64,000 nucleotides of DNA, taken from Flavobacteriales bacterium. Its GTDB lineage: Bacteria; Bacteroidota; Bacteroidia; Flavobacteriales_F; PHOS-HE28. The position numbers and the translations under genes are program-made. Shown in pieces: positions 29,296-39,077 of the stretch. Location: positions 177,701 to 241,700 of the forward strand of contig JADKJM010000004.1 in the NCBI GenBank assembly GCA_016721005.1, written 5' to 3'. A model generated the notes under the pieces. The model saw only the letters and a program-made list of their open reading frames with translations. It did no database searches and was not told the DNA's origin. How positions within the stretch are numbered: the stretch's first letter is position 1; each line of letters opens with the position of its first letter.

Positions 29296-31725
29296 CTACT
29301 GCTTCACGAACCGCGCGATCCGCCGCTCTCCATTCACATCCGACGTGATCACATACACTCCGGCGCTGAGTATGCCCACGTCAATCGTGATCCCGTTGAC
29401 ACCCACGGAAACATCCGGCGTGTAACGCACGAGCACGCGGCCGCGCATATCGGTGATGCGCACATCGGCCTGTCCAGCGGAACGCGCATCGAGTCCGATC
29501 GTCAGGTCGTTCTTCGCGGGGTTGGGGTACACCGACAACTCGCCGGAGGCGGGTTTGAAGTAGGCGATCACCTTGCCGTCACTCGCGAAGGAATGTTTCC
29601 AATATGCCGACGTTGAGACTTCCGCATCCTCGCTGTAGCCCCAGTGATCGAAGACGAAGCCATCGGTCGGTTGCACCGTGAGGTCGATGGCGTTGCCGTT
29701 GAAGTAATAGCCGGCGAAAGGCAGCTCGGGCGTGATGGTGTTGATGAGGATGGAGCCGGCGGCAGGAGGGAAGACCTCGAAGCGCAGCAGTGGTGCGTTC
29801 GGGAACGCGTAATAGTCCAGCACGCTTTGCCGGACATACGCATCCCGTGCCGCCGCGAAATGCGGAATGATCCCGAACGCGTGATCGAGGTACACTTGGT
29901 ACCAGCAATCCCAGCGCGCGTAGTGGCGTTCGATCTCGCTGCTGAAGGTGTTCGTGATGCGATCGATCTCCGCTTGGAAGTTCTCCGGGTTCACGGCGGT
30001 ATTCATCAGGTCGGCCAAGCGGTTCAGGAAGGTGCGCTTGAACTCTTCGTTGGTCATCAACCCACGGAAGATCTCCGCGTGGACGAACCCTGCGCGGTGC
30101 TCGAAGACCCAGAGGAACATGTCCAGGTCCTCGTGGATCCAGCCGTAGAGTTGCATGGTCGCATCCAGGTCGTACATCACGTAGCGCCACTTCCCTTGGG
30201 TGATGGAGGGCTTCCAGTACTTCAGGTTGTTGCTTGGCCAATCCACGTTGCCGGCCTGCATCTCCAGCGCGAAGTAGTCCTTGCAACTGTGCAGGTCCAG
30301 CAGGCTGTCCACATGCGCCCAGTTCGCCGGATCGGTAAGGTCCTGCGTGTAGATGAATTGCATCAAGTTCCAGAAGTGGATCGTATCGCCTTGCACGCTC
30401 CAGTTCTCCTCCTCCATGATCAGGACCGAGTCCGGGTTCTGGCCGTAGTTGTGTTCCAAGTGGTGCGCGTCGATGCGTTCGCGGATCTCCACCATGCCCC
30501 AGTACTCGCCGTTGATGTACAAGGCCGCAGGCCGGAACGCGAGCTCATCGATGTCCAGGTCGTTGTGCAAGCTGATCTCGTGGAAGAGCGCATCGCGGAA
30601 GTTGGCCAGGCAGAAATCGCCACCGGCGTTGCGCAGGATCAATGTGCTGTAATCGGCCACGTCGGGTCGTTCGGGGAAGAAGGGATAGTGCATCACGTCC
30701 TTGCCGTACTTCCCCTTGGCGGAGATCCGCAGCGGGCGTTGCGGATTGTTCCGCGAGCGGCGACCGCCGTGCATCTTCACATCCACCTGCTGCACGAAGC
30801 CACGCACACCGTTCGGTTCGAAGAACTCGAAATGCACGGGCAAGGAACGTTCGCTCCAGAAGTTGGCGCCGTAGTGCGGGTACTCCGGATCGGCGTTCGG
30901 GCCAAGCATGTACAAGCCCAGATCCTCGTTGAACATGCTGTCGGGATCCACCGACAACGAGACGACGGGCAGTTCATGATGCACACCGGTGAGGTAGGTC
31001 GCGGTCACCACATCGCTTGGCAACCAACCATCGCGGTACGTGCGTGCAAGCACGACCGTTGGACTTGTGAACTCGACAGGACTCGAAGCGATCGCCGAGC
31101 CTTGGTCCGGTTCCCGCCCGGAAAAGGTCCAGTGGACATCCCCCGCCGAAGCGCTCGCCGAAACACTTACGCTGCCCACGTAGTACCCCGGAGCGCGATC
31201 GAGCACCGGCTTCGGCGCATAGCCCGGATACGAAGTGGTGGTGTTCGCTGCATCCGGAGTGGGCACGGCGAAGAAATGCGCACCCAGGCCGCTGGCATCA
31301 CCGCCGAACGAATGATCCAAGCCCAGTTCCGGCACATCCATGATCTGCAAGGGTTGCAATGCAAGATCCGAGAGCACGATCCGCTCGCCTTGGCGATCGA
31401 TGCCGAAGGGGAAGCGACCGGCTTCACTCCCCGCGAAGAGGACGACGTATGCGTCCGGGTCCAGCACCATCAGCGGCAAGCGCCACAGCGCCGGTTCCGA
31501 GAGTTTGTCCGAGAAGTAGTAGTCGTGCAATTGGACGGGCGATGCCCCCGCGTTGTGCAACTCCACCCAATCCGGATGATCGCCCTCCGGGGCTTGCAGT
31601 ACCGCGTTGTTGCCGGAGCAGACCTCGTTGATCACCAACTGTGCGCGCAGGTCCGTGGCGCAAAAGCCGATCCACCCGATCATCAGGAACAGAACCAGGA
31701 TCCGGAAGAGCTGACGCGCTATCAT
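29296..31725 (-). CDS. CotH-kinase-family protein with lamin-tail-like N-terminus and C-terminal T9SS sorting domain
   Basis: Trimmed to MIARQLFRILVLFLMIG..., a signal peptide. LTD-like region (LVINEVCSGNN...DWVELHN). Large CotH core. C-terminal ~80 aa match the type-A T9SS C-terminal domain (VYPNPAKNDLTIGL...GVYVITSDVNGERRIARFVKQ). Confidence 0.7.
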   Translation of the reverse strand: MIARQLFRILVLFLMIGWIGFCATDLRAQLVINEVCSGNNAVLQAPEGDHPDWVELHNAGASPVQLHDYYFSDKLSEPALWRLPLMVLDPDAYVVLFAGSEAGRFPFGIDRQGERIVLSDLALQPLQIMDVPELGLDHSFGGDASGLGAHFFAVPTPDAANTTTSYPGYAPKPVLDRAPGYYVGSVSVSASASAGDVHWTFSGREPDQGSAIASSPVEFTSPTVVLARTYRDGWLPSDVVTATYLTGVHHELPVVSLSVDPDSMFNEDLGLYMLGPNADPEYPHYGANFWSERSLPVHFEFFEPNGVRGFVQQVDVKMHGGRRSRNNPQRPLRISAKGKYGKDVMHYPFFPERPDVADYSTLILRNAGGDFCLANFRDALFHEISLHNDLDIDELAFRPAALYINGEYWGMVEIRERIDAHHLEHNYGQNPDSVLIMEEENWSVQGDTIHFWNLMQFIYTQDLTDPANWAHVDSLLDLHSCKDYFALEMQAGNVDWPSNNLKYWKPSITQGKWRYVMYDLDATMQLYGWIHEDLDMFLWVFEHRAGFVHAEIFRGLMTNEEFKRTFLNRLADLMNTAVNPENFQAEIDRITNTFSSEIERHYARWDCWYQVYLDHAFGIIPHFAAARDAYVRQSVLDYYAFPNAPLLRFEVFPPAAGSILINTITPELPFAGYYFNGNAIDLTVQPTDGFVFDHWGYSEDAEVSTSAYWKHSFASDGKVIAYFKPASGELSVYPNPAKNDLTIGLDARSAGQADVRITDMRGRVLVRYTPDVSVGVNGITIDVGILSAGVYVITSDVNGERRIARFVKQ

Positions 31726-31833
31726 CAACACAAGGACACGAAAATACTGTCGGACGTGCGCTGGGTCACATGAGGATGCGTCGTTACCAACGATCACCTG
31801 TTGCGCGAAAAGGGCTGACTGTGTGGCAGCTTC

Positions 31834-32835
31834 CTAGAACTTCGGACACGGAATGATCCGCGGCTTCCGGCTCTTGGGCTTCCTGGGCCACTCGTAGATC
31901 AAACTGATCTCGTGGGCGCCGCCGCTGCGCATGCTCAGCTTGCTGATGGTGACATCGTAGCTGTACATGAAGCGCAATTGGCTATCGGTCTGGTAGCCCG
32001 CCATCACCACCATGGCTTCGTTGTTCCCGTAGCCCGGTTGGTACGCTTTCACGATGGGCAGGCCGCGGTACCACAAACCGCCGGTAAGTTGGCCGTGATC
32101 GATGTACCACCCGATGTCGAGCTGGTCCCACTTGCCTTGCATCTTGTACAGGGTTGTGATCGTCATGCGCGTATTGCTTTTGCTCAAGTGCCTACCATCC
32201 GTGGCGAAGCGGTAACCCGCATGCACGCTCACGCGGCGTTCCAACGGCGCATCGCCATCGATCATCAAACTCATGTTCGGACGGTTCAGGTGGTTCACGC
32301 TCACACCAGCCCAGAACGTTTCGCTGTAGTACATGGTACCTGCCGCCACGTCCAGGTAGTTCACGCGCTCGATCAGGTTCGGCTCGATGGTCTGTGCCGC
32401 GTTGTCGCGGATCACCTGGTCGGCGAAGAGGTAGCCGCTGGGATCCACGCCGCGCATGGTATAGCCCAAACGCAAGCCGCCACGGATGGCGCGCTTGTAA
32501 TTGATCCGCGCCTCGTAGCTGTACGCCACGCCCACGGTGGTGCTGGTGAGTCCGGTGGTACCGGCCTTGTCGCGCAGGACCATGCCGCCAATGCCCGCGT
32601 TCACCGTGCTGAAGCGGTGATCATACGCAGCCATGTATGTTTCGTACCCCGGCCCCACACCCGGCCACTGCAAGCGGTAATTCAGGGCGATGCGGTCCTG
32701 GTGCGTGTTGCCCGTCAGTGCGGGATTGAGGTATTGCGCCGCCGCGTACCACTGGGAGAACTGCGGATCCTGCGCACGCACGACGGCGATCTGCACGAAG
32801 GCCAACAGCAGGACGAGGAGTCGTGCTGTCCTCAT
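31834..32835 (-). CDS. Type IX secretion system membrane protein PorP/SprF family
   Basis: Trimmed to MRTARLLVLLLAFVQIAVVRAQ. The pattern DPQFSQWYAAAQYLNPALTG is the characteristic PorP/SprF N-terminus. The start ATG overlaps the stop of the upstream giant gene (ATGA). Confidence 0.8.
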   Translation of the reverse strand: MRTARLLVLLLAFVQIAVVRAQDPQFSQWYAAAQYLNPALTGNTHQDRIALNYRLQWPGVGPGYETYMAAYDHRFSTVNAGIGGMVLRDKAGTTGLTSTTVGVAYSYEARINYKRAIRGGLRLGYTMRGVDPSGYLFADQVIRDNAAQTIEPNLIERVNYLDVAAGTMYYSETFWAGVSVNHLNRPNMSLMIDGDAPLERRVSVHAGYRFATDGRHLSKSNTRMTITTLYKMQGKWDQLDIGWYIDHGQLTGGLWYRGLPIVKAYQPGYGNNEAMVVMAGYQTDSQLRFMYSYDVTISKLSMRSGGAHEISLIYEWPRKPKSRKPRIIPCPKF

Positions 32836-35800
32836 CGGAAGAGGGTGAGATCCGTGAGTTTCTGCACTTCCTTGCCATCCACGAAGCGGACATAGGTCTG
32901 CACCGCGTACACATCCTGCGGACTCAGTTGGTCGCGGTAATAGCCGTCCCATCCGCGCATCACATCGTTGCTTTCGAAGATCAATTCACCCCAGCGATTG
33001 AACACCCGCATGCGGAAGTCCTTCACGAAGCGGACGAAGGCGTAGAACACATCGTTGTGGAGGTCGTTCGGATCGTAGCTGCCACCGTTCCCACCGTTCC
33101 CGTTCGGCGTGAACGCGGTCGGGATGGTGATGTCATAGACCGGCGTGATGGTGATGTTCGTGTAGGCATCGTCCGTGCAACCGTGGACATCGGTGACGGT
33201 CAGACCCACCTCGAATGTTCCGACCTCGATGAAGCCGTGCGTGGGGTGTACGGCGCTGCTCGTGCCGCCATCACCGAAGATCCAGCTCCAGCTGTTGATG
33301 TTGCCGCTGCTCACGTCGGTGAATGCGATGCTCGCGTTGTCCGCCGAGGTGTTGTAAGTGCTTGCGGTGAAGCCTGCGACCGGTGGCTGCCACGCGATCA
33401 CTTGTCCGGTGGTCGGGCTGGTGCTGGTGCAACCCAGTGCGGTCGCCACAGTAAGTCCGATGTTGAAGTTGCCCGCTTGATAGACCACGGTTGGTGCGGA
33501 CGCCGGACTCGTGTTCCCGTTCCCCAGATCCCACAGGTAGGTGATGCCTGCGCCGAGTTGCAGATCGGGAAAGATGACCGTGAGCGGTGCGCAGCCTTGT
33601 GCGAATTGTGTGGGCAATTGCACCAATGGCGGTGTTTGCACGCGAAGCGCGACGGTGCGCGTCAACGTGTTGCCGCATTGATCGGTGACGATGGCGTGCA
33701 GGTCCTGGTCGTTGCTGAACGGCACGGTGAACGGACCGGTGCCGGTGGTATTCAGTTCAGGCCAGGTGATGGTGTACGTGCCCGCATACCCGCCGAATTG
33801 CGCGCCGACCGTGGCCGGGTTTTCGCCGGGACAGATCGTCGTATCGCCATGGGTCGTGAAGGAAGCCGTGTTCAAATTCAACACATACACCGGGAAGGAC
33901 TGCGCCGGTGCGGAGCATCCCATTTGATCACTGACGCTGAGCATGACCGTCTGCGATGCGGTGAAGGACACCGTGATCGGATTGCCGGTACCGAGCGGAC
34001 CCCAGTTGTAGTTGATCGTGCCCGTGCCGCCCGTCACTTGCGCGGAAAGCGTGGTCGGCACATTCACGCAAATGGTATCGGGCACGGAGGCTATTACGCT
34101 GAAGGGCGCGGGTTGCGTGATCACCCCGGAGCCCTGCACCGTGCATCCGTTCGCATCGGTCACGGTTACTGCCACGTTGCCCGCAGGTACAGAGGTGATG
34201 GTGGCACCGAACTGGCCGGTGCTCCATGCGTAGCTGTACGCCGTGGTGCCGCCGCTCACTTGCACGTTCGCGGTGCCGTTGTTACCACCGTTGCAGGTGA
34301 CGTTCGTGGTGTTCACACCGGTGATCACCAGCATGGTGGGTTGGGTGATCGCGGAACTCAATGTGGTGGTGCATCCCAAGGCATCCGTGACCAACACCGA
34401 GTACGTTCCGGGACCGAGGTTGGTGGCCGTCGCTGTTGTTTGCGCTTGTGGATCGCTCCACTGGTAACTGTTGCCGGTGAGCGCAGGACTCATGGCGATG
34501 CTGCCGTTCGCGGCACCGTTGCACATCACGTTGTTCGGCGTAAGCGCCGCGTTGATGAAACTGTTCGACAACGCCAAGTACACCGCATCGTTCACCGGAG
34601 GACACGTGGTGTTCCCCGTGGTGGTGATCGTCAACGTCACACCGCCGGAAAGGATCTCCGTCGTCGTCGGCATGTAGGATCCGTTCACGCCCTGTTGCGT
34701 GAAGGTGCCGCTGCCACCGCTCCAGACCGCGCCGGTGGCATTCACCACGGAGCCTTGCAACGCGATGGGATAGTTCCCGCCGCAGATCACTTGGTCCGGT
34801 CCCGCACTCACTTGGTTCGGTTGGCCCGTGGCGTTGATCGTCGCCGTTCCGGTCACTGGCGCGCATCCGTTCGCATCGGTGACGGAGAGGGTATAGGTGC
34901 CCGCTCCGGCGGTTATCGAAGGGGTGGTCGCGCCGTTGCTCCACGTGTAGGTGTACGGAGTGGTGCCGCCGGTGACGGTACTGGTGATCGCACCATTGGC
35001 CATTCCGGCACACGTTTCATTGGTCGGGTTCAAACCCACGAGCACAAGTGTGGCGGGTTGCCCCACGGTCGTACTCAATGATGCGGTACATCCAAATGCA
35101 TCTGTTATGGTCACGCTCCATGTTCCCGCAGGAAGTGCAGTCGCGTTGGCGGTGGATTGCGATGCGGGATCGTTCCATGCGTAGGTGAACGTCGGATCGT
35201 TCGGTGTGACGCTGGCCGTTCCAGTCGTCGATCCGGTACAGAGTGCATTCGTGCTGCTGATGGCCAGGTTGGTAAAGCTGTTCGGAAGTGCGAGGATGAT
35301 CTGATCGCTCGCGGGCGGACAGTTCGTGTTGCCGGTGGTCGTGAGTGTGAGCGTCACCGTTCCGCTGCTGATGTCCGATGCGCTCGGGTTGTAGCTCATG
35401 TTCGGCCAGGTCCCGGTGAAGGATCCATTGCCACCCGACCACGACCCGCCTGTTGCGTTCACCACACTTCCGCCGAGTGCGACCGGGTAACTGCCCGCGC
35501 AGCCGATCAGGTCCGGACCTGCATTCGCTTGGTTCGGTTGTGCCGCCGCATTGATCGTGGCCGATCCCGCAGCGGGTGCACAGCCGTTCGCATCCGTCAC
35601 ACTCACGGAATAGGTGCCGGCACCGGCGGTGAGGACGTTGCCCGTCGCGCCGTTGCTCCATGTATAGGTGTAGGGTGCGGTACCTCCGGCAGCGTTCGCG
35701 GTGATGGTACCATTCCCCATACCTGCGCACGCTTCATTCACGACAACGAGGTTCGGCAAGGTGATCCCGGCCGGTTGTCCGATCGTGGTCGCGAATGCCG

Positions 35801-38363
35801 CGAAGCAGCCATAGCTGTCCGTGACCGTCACGTTGTAATTCCCGGCGAGCAGGTTCGAGGCTGTCGCGTTGGTCTGCACAGGTGTGGTGGACCATGCGTA
35901 GGTGAAGCCCGCTTGCGTCGGTGCGTAGGTCGCCGTTCCGGTCGCGGTGTTGTTGCACAGCGCACTGGTGCTGTTCACCGCACCATTCGCGAAGCTGTTC
36001 GGGATCTGGATGAGGACCTGGTCCGTGGCCTGCGGGCAGCCTGTATTGCCCACCGACGTCAGCGTCAACGTCACACCATTGGTCTGGATCTCACTCGCGC
36101 TCGGGTTGTAGTTCACGTTCGGCCACGTTCCTGCGAAGGATCCGGCGCCACCGCTCCATGCGCCGCTGGTGGCATTGGTCACGCTTCCGTTCAGTGGGAC
36201 GGGGAAGGATCCCACGCATCCCACTTGATCGGGTCCGGCATTCACTTGGTTGGGTTGCGCACCGGCGGTCACGGTCGTTGTTCCTACAGCGGGTGCGCAT
36301 CCATTCGCATCCACAATGGTCACGGTGTAATTGCCAGCGCCCACATTGATCGTGGCACCGTTTCCGCCATTGCTCCATGAATAGGTGTAGGGTGAAGTAC
36401 CACCGCTGCCACTCGCGGTCACGCTGCCATTGCCAAGGCCTGCACATGTTTCATTCGTGGCGGTGAGGCTGCCCACGGTCACCGCTGTCGGTTGCGTGAT
36501 CGTCGTGTTCAAGGTCGTCGAGCATCCGCTGCCATCCGAAATGGTCACGGTGTACGTCCCGGCGGGTAGCCCGGTCGCTGATGGCGTATTCTGCACCGGT
36601 GTCGAATTCCAGCTATAGGAGAAGGAAGGGTTCGATGGACTGACCGACACCGTTCCATTCGCACCGCCTGCACAACTCACGTTCGTTCCGCTCACGGTGA
36701 TGTTCGCGAAGCTGTTCACCAGCGTCAGTACCATTTGGTCGGATGCGGGCGGACAGCCCGTGTTTCCGGTAGTGTTCAGGGTCAGCGTCACACTTCCTGC
36801 ACTGATCTCGGCAACGGTCGGGGTGTAGGTGATGTTCGGCCACGTTCCGGAGAAGCCGCCCGAACCGCCGCTCCATGATCCACCGGTAGCGTTCACCACA
36901 CTACCGTTCAAGGGGATGGGTGCATTGTTCACGCACGCCGATGCATCGGGTCCAGCGTTCGCTTGGTTCGGAAGTCCGTTGGAACTGATGACCCCGGTGA
37001 GGACCGGCGACACGCAGTTGTTCGCATCCGTCATCGTCACCGTGTAGCTGCCAGGGCCACCGGCAATGCTCGGCGTGCTCGCACCGGTGCTCCATGCATA
37101 AGTGAAGGGCGCAGTACCGGTTGTCACCGATGCCGTGGCGGTTCCATCGGTATTGCCGATGCACGAAGCATTGGTGGTCGCAATGTTCCCGTAAAGACCG
37201 GGGATCACGGTTACCTGATACACGTAGGTCTGGAATGCGGGGATCGGGCAAGCGCCGTCATTCACATTCACAATGAAGGGGAAGTAACCGGAGGTTCCAG
37301 CGGTGGCGTTCCAACAAACCGTACACGTGATCGGATTGAAGCCATTGAAGGTGAAGGTGGCGCCCGGCAGATTCTGCTGGATATTGCTGAACGCATCCAG
37401 TACGTTCGGCAGGTTGGGGTCGCTGATCACGAAGTCGAAACAGAAGTTGCCGGATTCGCACACTTGGATCGAGCGTGGTCCGAGTTGAACGGCGGTGCCA
37501 CTCAGGTTCTGGATCAAGCCGGTCGCCGCATCGGGAGGATCGTTGGTGCAGGGGTACGCGACGAACTGCATGTCGCGCATGATGCTGCCCACCAGCACGC
37601 CATTCACCCAATGATTCACCTGCACCACCACGACCCAGTTGCCTTGCGTGGCCAAGGTGAAGTTCACTTGGCCGGTAACGGGATCAAGGGTCAGGCCGGG
37701 GATCGGCTGGGCACCGGTATTCGGATTCACGTAAGGGATGGGCGCGCCGTTCAAGCCCATCGCGTCGATCAGGACGTAGCTCAACGAATCACCCTCTGGA
37801 TCGAACGCACCGAAACTGTAGGAGATAGGATAGCCGAGACAGACGAAGGGGATCGCGGTGTTCGAGAACTGGGGCGAATCGTTGCAAGGCGATACGGTGG
37901 TGTTCAACACCGCGCGGATGTAGGTGCGCTGCGTCCCCGGGTTCTGCAGGTTCACGATCGCATTGTTCCGGTAGATGTTCGTATAGGAGATCGTCCACGA
38001 ATCACACGGCGCCAAGGTGATCGTGCCGGTGTAGATGTATTGCTGGATCCCCGGCAGCGACCCGCCGTTGCAGGTGCTGTTCGGAAGTTCCAGGTCGCAG
38101 AGCTGAGAGATCTCCACGCCGTTCGGGGTGCTCACCACCAGGCTTGTGTTCCCGCAAGGACTCTGGAACGCCAGCGTCACATTCGGGTCCACGTTGATCC
38201 CCGCGCAGTCGCGGTACACCACCATGGTGATCTCGTACTGGTTGTTCCCTAGGCAATGCCAGTAGATCTCCCCACCGGAGAAGTGCGTGGCCGAAGCGGA
38301 CACGGACAGCACCGTGGTGAGACTGAGCAGGAACTTCCGGAGCATGCGGGGGGTAGGGATCAA
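32832..38363 (-). CDS. SprB-like giant cell-surface adhesin: SprB repeats, PKD domains and type-B T9SS C-terminal domain
   Basis: 1843 aa with a signal peptide. Four tandem ~236-aa units contain SprB-repeat signatures (C.G..NG...GG..PYTY.WS.G). PKD-like domains (WDLGNGNTS..., WIFGDGGTS...). The C-terminus (...NRWGELIF...RGWDGYYRDQ...VYAVQTYV) matches the gliding-motility-associated type-B C-terminal domain. An adjacent porP/sprF gene is the usual partner. Confidence 0.8.
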   Translation of the reverse strand: MIPTPRMLRKFLLSLTTVLSVSASATHFSGGEIYWHCLGNNQYEITMVVYRDCAGINVDPNVTLAFQSPCGNTSLVVSTPNGVEISQLCDLELPNSTCNGGSLPGIQQYIYTGTITLAPCDSWTISYTNIYRNNAIVNLQNPGTQRTYIRAVLNTTVSPCNDSPQFSNTAIPFVCLGYPISYSFGAFDPEGDSLSYVLIDAMGLNGAPIPYVNPNTGAQPIPGLTLDPVTGQVNFTLATQGNWVVVVQVNHWVNGVLVGSIMRDMQFVAYPCTNDPPDAATGLIQNLSGTAVQLGPRSIQVCESGNFCFDFVISDPNLPNVLDAFSNIQQNLPGATFTFNGFNPITCTVCWNATAGTSGYFPFIVNVNDGACPIPAFQTYVYQVTVIPGLYGNIATTNASCIGNTDGTATASVTTGTAPFTYAWSTGASTPSIAGGPGSYTVTMTDANNCVSPVLTGVISSNGLPNQANAGPDASACVNNAPIPLNGSVVNATGGSWSGGSGGFSGTWPNITYTPTVAEISAGSVTLTLNTTGNTGCPPASDQMVLTLVNSFANITVSGTNVSCAGGANGTVSVSPSNPSFSYSWNSTPVQNTPSATGLPAGTYTVTISDGSGCSTTLNTTITQPTAVTVGSLTATNETCAGLGNGSVTASGSGGTSPYTYSWSNGGNGATINVGAGNYTVTIVDANGCAPAVGTTTVTAGAQPNQVNAGPDQVGCVGSFPVPLNGSVTNATSGAWSGGAGSFAGTWPNVNYNPSASEIQTNGVTLTLTSVGNTGCPQATDQVLIQIPNSFANGAVNSTSALCNNTATGTATYAPTQAGFTYAWSTTPVQTNATASNLLAGNYNVTVTDSYGCFAAFATTIGQPAGITLPNLVVVNEACAGMGNGTITANAAGGTAPYTYTWSNGATGNVLTAGAGTYSVSVTDANGCAPAAGSATINAAAQPNQANAGPDLIGCAGSYPVALGGSVVNATGGSWSGGNGSFTGTWPNMSYNPSASDISSGTVTLTLTTTGNTNCPPASDQIILALPNSFTNLAISSTNALCTGSTTGTASVTPNDPTFTYAWNDPASQSTANATALPAGTWSVTITDAFGCTASLSTTVGQPATLVLVGLNPTNETCAGMANGAITSTVTGGTTPYTYTWSNGATTPSITAGAGTYTLSVTDANGCAPVTGTATINATGQPNQVSAGPDQVICGGNYPIALQGSVVNATGAVWSGGSGTFTQQGVNGSYMPTTTEILSGGVTLTITTTGNTTCPPVNDAVYLALSNSFINAALTPNNVMCNGAANGSIAMSPALTGNSYQWSDPQAQTTATATNLGPGTYSVLVTDALGCTTTLSSAITQPTMLVITGVNTTNVTCNGGNNGTANVQVSGGTTAYSYAWSTGQFGATITSVPAGNVAVTVTDANGCTVQGSGVITQPAPFSVIASVPDTICVNVPTTLSAQVTGGTGTINYNWGPLGTGNPITVSFTASQTVMLSVSDQMGCSAPAQSFPVYVLNLNTASFTTHGDTTICPGENPATVGAQFGGYAGTYTITWPELNTTGTGPFTVPFSNDQDLHAIVTDQCGNTLTRTVALRVQTPPLVQLPTQFAQGCAPLTVIFPDLQLGAGITYLWDLGNGNTSPASAPTVVYQAGNFNIGLTVATALGCTSTSPTTGQVIAWQPPVAGFTASTYNTSADNASIAFTDVSSGNINSWSWIFGDGGTSSAVHPTHGFIEVGTFEVGLTVTDVHGCTDDAYTNITITPVYDITIPTAFTPNGNGGNGGSYDPNDLHNDVFYAFVRFVKDFRMRVFNRWGELIFESNDVMRGWDGYYRDQLSPQDVYAVQTYVRFVDGKEVQKLTDLTLFR
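34136..36968. repeat. Four in-frame tandem ~708-bp repeats inside the SprB-like gene
   Basis: The protein-level units each begin NQ(A/V)(N/S)AGPD... at about aa 466, 702, 938 and 1174 and were mapped back to DNA. Boundaries are approximate. Confidence 0.6.
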
Positions 38364-38570
38364 ACCACCCGTTCCTACGGCCCATGCTTGTTTCGGTTAC
38401 TGTTTCGTGAGGCGGGCTGCCCCTCGGGGTCCTGCCTCAGCGGCCTGATCACGCCATTGGACCGCGCGATCACCAAGCCGTGTCCTGTTCACGGGTCGAT
38501 TGGTCGAATGGGGGAAAGTCCATTCACATCCGGGTGTTCCGGACGCTGCGGATCGGAATACACGAAGGGA

Positions 38571-38930
38571 TCAGATGTCCTTGCGGTCCAAGTCCTCGAA
38601 GTTCACATCGGTGAACGGAGGCGGAGGGTCGGCGGAAGGCTGGTCGTTGTTGCCTTGCTCAACGTGGTGCACGAATTCACCGGTGGACCGCAAACGATCG
38701 ATCTCATCGTACACATCCTTCAAGCCATCAATGAACTTGTCGAAGTCCTCCTTGTAGAGGAAGATCTTGTGCTTGTCGTAATGCGCCGAGCCGTCCTCAT
38801 GCGTGTGTTTCTTGCTCTCCGTTATGGTGAGATAGAGGTCGCGCCCGCGGGTGCTCTTCACATCGAAGAAGTAGGTCCGCTTTCCGGCGCGGACCGCTTT
38901 GGAGTACACGTCCTCACGATCGTCTCGCAT
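38571..38930 (-). CDS. DUF3276 (PUR-alpha-like nucleic-acid-binding) family protein
   Basis: Trimmed to MRDDREDVYSKAVRAGKRTYFFDVKSTRGRDLYLTITESKK. This is the typical Bacteroidota DUF3276 start, about 119 aa. Confidence 0.6.
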   Translation of the reverse strand: MRDDREDVYSKAVRAGKRTYFFDVKSTRGRDLYLTITESKKHTHEDGSAHYDKHKIFLYKEDFDKFIDGLKDVYDEIDRLRSTGEFVHHVEQGNNDQPSADPPPPFTDVNFEDLDRKDI

Positions 38931-39077
38931 GGTTGTACGCCCAAAAGGGGTGCTGGGCGCACCCAAATATAGAAGTGTTCCCCGTTCAAGCAAGCACAAG
39001 GGGCTGGAAGTGAAGGGGTGGGACCTGATCGAGTGCATGAACCATTGATCCTGGATCCGTGGGTCGGAGCCGCACAC

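Noticed and set aside
29644-31773. 709-aa plus-strand ORF
   Set aside because: It is antisense to the CotH-family gene, which has clear domain content. It has no start context, and its composition is a GC-frame artefact.
32823-38252. Several long plus-strand ORFs (752, 429 and 407 aa) and many shorter minus-strand ORFs inside the adhesin locus
   Set aside because: All lie within or antisense to the 1843-aa SprB-like gene, whose frame has coherent repeat and domain structure. The others are Arg/Gly/His-rich artefacts.
38480-38540. RNase P / tmRNA / SRP RNA candidate (GGAAAGTCC-like segment)
   Set aside because: Only a short fortuitous match to the RNase P P4 consensus. The surrounding sequence lacks the other conserved elements, and the region is better explained as a 5' leader.
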